NCBI GenBank assembly: GCA_024642505.1
Contig: JAHEAZ010000005.1
Coordinates: 7,123-71,122 of the forward strand
Reading direction: 5' to 3'
DNA from: Gammaproteobacteria bacterium
Lineage (GTDB): Bacteria; Pseudomonadota; Gammaproteobacteria; Steroidobacterales; Steroidobacteraceae
Length of the DNA: 64,000 nucleotides
Shown one piece after another: positions 58,881 to 64,000 of the stretch. The notes under the pieces are model-generated. The model saw only the letters and a list, made by a program, of their open reading frames with translations, searched no databases and was not told where the DNA came from. The translations under genes were made by a program, and so were the position numbers. The first letter of the stretch is position 1, and each line of letters opens with the position of its first letter.

Positions 58881-60583
58881 TACAGGCGGCGATGGGCGGC
58901 GAGGTGCCTAGGCGTCCAGGAATGGGGCGTGCGGTGGATGAAACGGTGCCGCGCCACGTGGTAACTCGGGTCAAAGCCGTAGAAGTTGAGTCGCATCCGT
59001 TCAAGTTCCGCAGACCGGTACCCGGACAGCGGGCGGACCAGTGCATCGGCGTCACGGCGCGCATTCCGGGCGGCAAGCCGCCCCGAAAAGTCGTCGGCCG
59101 CCGCCAGGGCCAGCGCCCGATCCGCGACCTGGCCTAGAAATGATTCGTGATCGGCCTCGAGCACCGCATCGACCAGTCCAATGCGTGCCGCCGCCTGCGC
59201 GCCGACCGGCAGGCGATTGCCCATGACAGCATCGATCCCTTCGGCCCCGACACGGCGGGGGAGCAGGTAGGTCCAGTACTCGGAGCCGTACAGGTTTCCC
59301 ATGTTCTTGTAGTGCGGACTCAGGATCACTCCGTTTCGTACCCATACTTCGTCCGCGGCGAGCGCCAGGAACACGCCTCCGGCGCCGCCGTTGGCGCGCA
59401 GGGCGGAAATCACGAATTTGTCTCGAAAAGACATGATTTCGAGGCAAACGTCGTCGATCGCGTTGATATTGTGCCAAGACTCATCGGCGGGGTTGGCAGC
59501 TGCCTCGATGCTGCCCAGATGGATGCCGTTGGACCAGAATTCGGATCCTCCAAGGAGTACCAGGATGCGTGTCGGTCGGTCGCGGACCCGGCGCAGCGCC
59601 GCTGCGAGACGCTGGCATTGGGCCGTCGACATGGCGCCGTTGTGAAAGTCAAAAGCCAGGAATCCAACCCGGCCGCGCTCGAAGTAGGTCAACTCACGGA
59701 ATCCGACCGTGTCCGTCGCCGCGTCGAGTGCGACAGGTGAGGCCGGCACCGGACCCAGCCGCCCATTCAGGACCGTGGCAGCTGGCAACTTGATGGCCCT
59801 GTCGTCGTCCACCGGGCGCAGGTGGCTGATCCAGACGGCGCCGTCGCGGGTGGCACGCAAGATCGCCCCGTCTCGGGTGGCGAGTAGCTCACCTGGCAAT
59901 CCGCCGGGCGCCCTTCGCGGCTCCCGCCATCCGCCGAATAGCCGGCAGGACAGCCCGGCAACCTCGTCGATCACGCCGGGAAAGCCGTCAGCCGCGTGGA
60001 TCTTGGCCAGTACCGTGTCGGTGTCGTCGCCTGCCCAGTCGATCTTGCGGTCTGGCTGGCGCATCAGCGGCCGGTGCCGGCCACGAACGGCCGGGTCCGC
60101 CGGGTCAAGCGTCTGCGGACGGAAAGAACCGTCCATGGCACGATCAACTGCAGCAAGCACGCAGCGCGTTGCGGCCTCGGTTACTTCGCGGCGGTACAGG
60201 CTGCTCTTGGCCGCCTCGCGCATGGTGAAGGTCTGCGTGGCCCAGGTATCACCGCCATCCATGACGGCATTCGCCTGCAGCAGCGTCACCCCCCACTCGC
60301 GCTCGCGCCCGTGGATTGCCCAGTCAAGCGCCGATGGGCCGCGGTCGCCCCGGATCCCGGGGTGAACCACCAGGCAGGGCACACGGCGCCAGATGTCGCC
60401 GGGAATCGCGCGTTTCAGGAAGGGCGCGATCACCAGGTCCGGCTGAAACAGATCGACGGCTTCGCGCGTGACGGCGTCGTTGATGTCGAATTCGACCGAC
60501 AGGGTATGGCCGCGCTCGTCGAGCTCGACGTAGAGACGCTGCGCCAGCCCGTTGAAGGCGTGCGTCAGCAGAAGAATCTTCAT
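58880..60583 (-). CDS. hypX: hydrogenase maturation factor HypX/HoxX (formyltransferase-like N-domain plus crotonase-like C-domain)
   Basis: 567 aa. N-terminus MKILLLTHAFNGLAQR...VVHPGIRGDRGPSALDWAI (formyl-transferase fold). C-terminus GFLAFDFHNGAMS...ANGGAGGVFLALAAD (enoyl-CoA hydratase fold). Directly follows hypE with a 1-nt overlap. Confidence 0.8.
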   Translation of the reverse strand: MKILLLTHAFNGLAQRLYVELDERGHTLSVEFDINDAVTREAVDLFQPDLVIAPFLKRAIPGDIWRRVPCLVVHPGIRGDRGPSALDWAIHGREREWGVTLLQANAVMDGGDTWATQTFTMREAAKSSLYRREVTEAATRCVLAAVDRAMDGSFRPQTLDPADPAVRGRHRPLMRQPDRKIDWAGDDTDTVLAKIHAADGFPGVIDEVAGLSCRLFGGWREPRRAPGGLPGELLATRDGAILRATRDGAVWISHLRPVDDDRAIKLPAATVLNGRLGPVPASPVALDAATDTVGFRELTYFERGRVGFLAFDFHNGAMSTAQCQRLAAALRRVRDRPTRILVLLGGSEFWSNGIHLGSIEAAANPADESWHNINAIDDVCLEIMSFRDKFVISALRANGGAGGVFLALAADEVWVRNGVILSPHYKNMGNLYGSEYWTYLLPRRVGAEGIDAVMGNRLPVGAQAAARIGLVDAVLEADHESFLGQVADRALALAAADDFSGRLAARNARRDADALVRPLSGYRSAELERMRLNFYGFDPSYHVARHRFIHRTPHSWTPRHLAAHRRL

Positions 60584-61623
60584 CAGCAGATCCGTGGCAA
60601 CTGGTCGCCGGTCAGCCAGTCCACCACGCGGCGACCGCCGAAGGCCGTGTCCATCTGCACGAACGCATGCTCATCCTCGATGACCTCTCCGACGATGGCC
60701 GCCTCACGGCCGAGCGGATGGCCCCGCATCGCTGCCAGCAGTCCCTCGGCATCGGCGGGCGCGCAGATCGCGATGAGCTTGCCTTCGTTGGCGACGTAAA
60801 GCGGATCGAGGCCCAGGAACTCGCAGGCTGAATTCACCGCGCCGCGCACCGGGATGCTCGATTCGCCAATGACGATACCGACGCCCGACTGGCGTGCCAG
60901 CTCGTTCAGCGTGGTCGCCAGTCCGCCGCGGGTGGGGTCGCGCAGGCAGTGGATGTCGGGCACGGAATCGAGCATGGCAGCAACCAGGTCATGCAGCGCC
61001 GCGGTATCGGACTGGATGGTCGTGCCGAAGGACAGGTTCTCGCGCAGCGACATGATTGCGACTCCATGGTCGCCCATCGTGCCGCTGACGAGCACGACGT
61101 CCCCGGGCCGGGCACGCGAACCCGAGACATTGACGCCGTCGGGAACGACCCCCACGCCGGTAGTGGTGATGAAGACGCCGTCGCCGTTGCCGCGTTCGAC
61201 CACTTTTGTATCGCCGGTCACCACCGGCACGCCGGCCGTGCGCGATGCCTCCGCCATGGACACGACGATGCGTCGCAGGTCAGAGAGCGGCAAGCCTTCC
61301 TCCAGGATGAAACTGGCCGCCAGGTAGAGTGGGCGTGCGCCAGCCATCGCGACATCGTTGATGGTGCCGTGAACCGACAGGCAACCGATGTCGCCGCCTG
61401 GAAAAAACAGTGGTGAAACCACATGGGAGTCAGTGGCGATGACCAGCCGTCCGGGCGGCACTTCCACCTGCGCCTGGTCGTCGAGTCGCCTGAGCGCCTC
61501 GTTGTCGAAGCAGGCGACAAACAGCTCCTCGACCAGCTGCGCCATTGCCCGGCCGCCGCTGCCGTGGGTCATCTCGACCTGGCCGTGGCGGAAATCGAGG
61601 GCGCGCGTGAAACCGCGCTTCAC
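60583..61623 (-). CDS. hypE: hydrogenase maturation protein HypE
   Basis: Start set to GTG 61623, forming a GTGA overlap with the hypD stop. MTHGSGGRAM near the N-terminus, an AIR-synthase-like fold, and the diagnostic C-terminal PRIC. Confidence 0.9.
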   Translation of the reverse strand: MKRGFTRALDFRHGQVEMTHGSGGRAMAQLVEELFVACFDNEALRRLDDQAQVEVPPGRLVIATDSHVVSPLFFPGGDIGCLSVHGTINDVAMAGARPLYLAASFILEEGLPLSDLRRIVVSMAEASRTAGVPVVTGDTKVVERGNGDGVFITTTGVGVVPDGVNVSGSRARPGDVVLVSGTMGDHGVAIMSLRENLSFGTTIQSDTAALHDLVAAMLDSVPDIHCLRDPTRGGLATTLNELARQSGVGIVIGESSIPVRGAVNSACEFLGLDPLYVANEGKLIAICAPADAEGLLAAMRGHPLGREAAIVGEVIEDEHAFVQMDTAFGGRRVVDWLTGDQLPRIC

Positions 61624-62777
61624 GTAGCGGCACCCCCGGCAGCTGTCTTGCGCGCGATGTCGCGGAACCGCCCGTAGGTGTAGTGCGCGGCGCAGGCGCC
61701 TTCGGAGGAAACCATGCAGCTGCCCAGCGGGTTTTCCGGCGTGCAGGCGGTGCCGAAAAGCTTGCAGTCGGCGGGCTGCTTGACGCCGCGCAGGATGGCG
61801 CCGCACTCGCAGGCCTTGTGGTCAGCGACCTGCCGATCCGCCACGCCGTAGTGTCGTTCTGCGTCGTAGGCCGCGTACTTGTCCTTGAGTCGGAGTGCAC
61901 TGTACGGAACTGCGCCCAGACCCCGCCATTCAAACTCCCGTCGCAGCTCAAAGACCTCGGCGACCAGCGACTGCGCCTTCAGATTGCCTTCGCGGCTGAC
62001 GGCACGGGTGAATTCGTTCTCCACCTCGCAGCGGCCGTCGTTCACTTGCCGTACCAGCATCAGGATCGCCTGCATGACATCGAGCGGCTCGAAACCGGCA
62101 ATGACCACGGGCTTCTGGTATTCCTCGGCGAAAAACTCGTAGGGGCGGCTGCCGATGATGGTCGACACGTGCGCAGGCCCGACGAAGCCGTCGATCGGCA
62201 CGGTGCCGATGTCGCGTACCTCAGGCGACTCGAGGATGTGCGAGATCGCCGACGGTGTCAGCACGTGGTTGCAGAAGACGAAGAAGTTGTCGAGGCCCTT
62301 GGCCTCGGCCTCTTTGATGGCCAGCGCGGTAGGCGGCGTGGTCGTCTCGAAGCCGATGGCGAACATGACGACTTCACGTTCGGGATGCTGCTCGGCGAGC
62401 CTTACGGCGTCCTGGGTCGAGTAGACCATACGCACGTCCGCGCCCTGGGCCTTGGCCTTCAGCAGCGAAAGCCGGCCGGAAGCCGGTACGCGCAGCGTGT
62501 CGCCATAGGTCGCCAGGATCACTTGCGGTCGACGCGCGATCTCGATTGCCATGTCGATCCGGCCGATTGGCAGCACGCAGACCGGGCAGCCTGGCCCGTG
62601 GATCATGCGCACGTTGGGCGGCAGCAGGTCGGTCACGCCGTAGCGGGCGATGGCGTGAGTATGGCCGCCGCAGAACTCCATGAAGCGGTAGCGCCGGTTG
62701 GCGTTCGCCGTCCGCGCAATGGCACCGCCGAGCGATTGCGCCAGCTTGCCGTCGCGGAATTCGTCAATGTACTTCAT
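61620..62777 (-). CDS. hypD: hydrogenase maturation protein HypD
   Basis: 385 aa. MKYIDEFRD, FCGGHTH, GPGCPVCV, and a C-terminal Cys cluster (CECG...C...C). Confidence 0.93.
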   Translation of the reverse strand: MKYIDEFRDGKLAQSLGGAIARTANANRRYRFMEFCGGHTHAIARYGVTDLLPPNVRMIHGPGCPVCVLPIGRIDMAIEIARRPQVILATYGDTLRVPASGRLSLLKAKAQGADVRMVYSTQDAVRLAEQHPEREVVMFAIGFETTTPPTALAIKEAEAKGLDNFFVFCNHVLTPSAISHILESPEVRDIGTVPIDGFVGPAHVSTIIGSRPYEFFAEEYQKPVVIAGFEPLDVMQAILMLVRQVNDGRCEVENEFTRAVSREGNLKAQSLVAEVFELRREFEWRGLGAVPYSALRLKDKYAAYDAERHYGVADRQVADHKACECGAILRGVKQPADCKLFGTACTPENPLGSCMVSSEGACAAHYTYGRFRDIARKTAAGGAAT

Positions 62778-63007
62778 GCGCCGGCCGGCACCGCCAGGCC
62801 GGCGCTTGCAAAGGTTTCAAGGGTGCGCTCGGCTGCGGCCGGATCCAGTCGCGTCAATGCATAGCCGACATGCAGGATGACGTAGTCACCTTCGCTGACA
62901 CCGTCGACCAGCGCGAGCGAGATCTCCTTGCGCACGCCGCCGAGGTCGACGACCGCCATGTCGCCGTCCCTGAGCTCGACCACCCGAACTGGCAACGCCA
63001 GACACAT
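62774..63007 (-). CDS. hypC: hydrogenase maturation chaperone HypC/HupF family
   Basis: Start trimmed to ATG 63007, giving the invariant MCLALP N-terminus. 77 aa. ATGA overlap with hypD. Confidence 0.9.
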   Translation of the reverse strand: MCLALPVRVVELRDGDMAVVDLGGVRKEISLALVDGVSEGDYVILHVGYALTRLDPAAAERTLETFASAGLAVPAGA

Positions 63008-63012
63008 AATCG

Positions 63013-64000
63013 TTACTCCCTGCCGGACATCAACGCGACCCAGGCCTGGCCTGCCGAGATGCCACCGTCGTTGGGCGGCAACTCGCAAGCCTCGTGGACC
63101 GCGAGGCCGCGTTCCTGGAGCCGGCGCTCGACCCCATGTGACAGCAGCCGGTTCATGAAGCATCCACCCGAAAGGACGACGTCGGCAATTCCGGTCCTCC
63201 CGGCAGCGGTCGCGACCCATTCGGCCAGCGCGTGCGCCAGGGTCGAATGAAACAAGGCTGCGCCGAATCCGGCATCGCTAGTATCCGCAAGGCGGCCAAG
63301 CAACGGGAGCAGGTTGAGGGTCATGTCGTCCGCCAGATGGACACCTGGTGCGGGGTCGACGACCCCGTGAGCCGTCGCCAGGCCCTCCAACAACATGGCC
63401 GCCTGGCCTTCGTAGCGCATGACTTCCTTGAGTCCCAGCAAACCAGCCGCGGCGTCGAACCAACGCCCGGCACTGGTTGTCCGCGGACAACGAACGTCCT
63501 GCACCAGCATCTGGCGCACAGCCCGGGCCGCCTCGTTGACGAAGCGCCGCTCGATTTCATCGTCCCGTCCCAGCGCGTGCAGGGCCGCAGCGGCCATCCG
63601 CCAGGGTTCACGGGCCGCGCGATCACCGCCCGGCAGCGCGATGGATGAAAGGTGTGCGAGCCGCGCGAATCCATCGCGTCCAACCCGCAGCAACTCGCCG
63701 CCCCAGGCCTCGCCGTCGGCACCCAGCCCCACGCCGTCGAGCGCGAGGCCCAGGACGGGCCCGGCCAGCCGGTGCTCGGCCATGACCGCAGCCACGTGCG
63801 CGTGGTGATGCTGCACGCGGGTAAGAGCCAGGCCGCGCTCGGCTGCAAGCCGCTCGGCCAGACGCGTGCTCGCGAAGTCCGGGTGCAGGTCGCAAGCCAC
63901 GGCAGCGGGCTCGATGTCGAGCACGTCGAGCAAGTGCATCGCCGTTTCCTCCAACGCGCGGCAGGTCGGCCGGTTATCGAGGTCGCCGACGTGCTGAGAA
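63013..64000 (-). CDS. hypF: carbamoyltransferase HypF, C-terminal part (5' end beyond the window)
   Basis: The frame stays open to nt 64000 (..SQHVGDLDNRPTCRALEETAMHLL..). Kae1/YrdC-like C-terminal region with VQHHHAHVAAVMAEH and GGCFMNRLL. Confidence 0.85.
   Translation of the reverse strand, partial: SQHVGDLDNRPTCRALEETAMHLLDVLDIEPAAVACDLHPDFASTRLAERLAAERGLALTRVQHHHAHVAAVMAEHRLAGPVLGLALDGVGLGADGEAWGGELLRVGRDGFARLAHLSSIALPGGDRAAREPWRMAAAALHALGRDDEIERRFVNEAARAVRQMLVQDVRCPRTTSAGRWFDAAAGLLGLKEVMRYEGQAAMLLEGLATAHGVVDPAPGVHLADDMTLNLLPLLGRLADTSDAGFGAALFHSTLAHALAEWVATAAGRTGIADVVLSGGCFMNRLLSHGVERRLQERGLAVHEACELPPNDGGISAGQAWVALMSGRE

Overview
A gene-dense, visibly GC-rich (G/C-dominated third codon positions) proteobacterial chromosome segment, gammaproteobacterium-like in gene content. 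I found no rRNA, tRNA, CRISPR array, transposase, integrase or phage block. About 70 CDS can be supported. The content is dominated by energy-metabolism modules. (1) nt 1-4590: an mtrC-mtrA-mtrB porin-cytochrome extracellular electron conduit, with mtrC cut by the window edge. (2) nt 4739-13749, minus strand: a nine-gene V/A-type rotary ATPase operon (stalk-C-I-K-F-E-A-B-D) followed by a MenA-like UbiA prenyltransferase, convergent on mtrB. (3) nt 33393-41217: a CrbS/CrbR-like sensor-regulator pair with acetyl-CoA synthetase and a divergent coiled-coil porin. (4) nt 47776-58615: an aa3-type cytochrome c oxidase structural and biogenesis cluster (DUF2244-coxB-coxA-small ORF-ctaG-coxC ... SURF1-SCO-like-ctaA-LysR-ctaB), interrupted by nucleotide-salvage genes. 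(5) nt 58880-64000: hypF(partial)-hypC-hypD-hypE-hypX [NiFe]-hydrogenase maturation genes. The rest is housekeeping or stress genes: oligopeptidase B, the yqjDEK operon, RidA, HIT, dodecin, rhodanese, two EEP-family proteins, a K+ channel plus SLC13 permease, and others. I see no classical defence or mobile system. The items most worth follow-up are the Mtr conduit / MenA-like / auxiliary V-ATPase neighbourhood and a receiver-TM-repeat-TonB_C fusion protein. Also worth a look are a perfect 7-2-7 palindrome between acs and the porin gene, a well-ribosome-sited 26-codon ORF divergent from the LysR gene inside the cox cluster, and two structured intergenic inverted-repeat elements. All functional calls rest on motif and architecture recognition by eye in the supplied translations. 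No database search was run. Many ORF-track starts were trimmed to internal starts that fit neighbouring stops and ribosome-binding sites.
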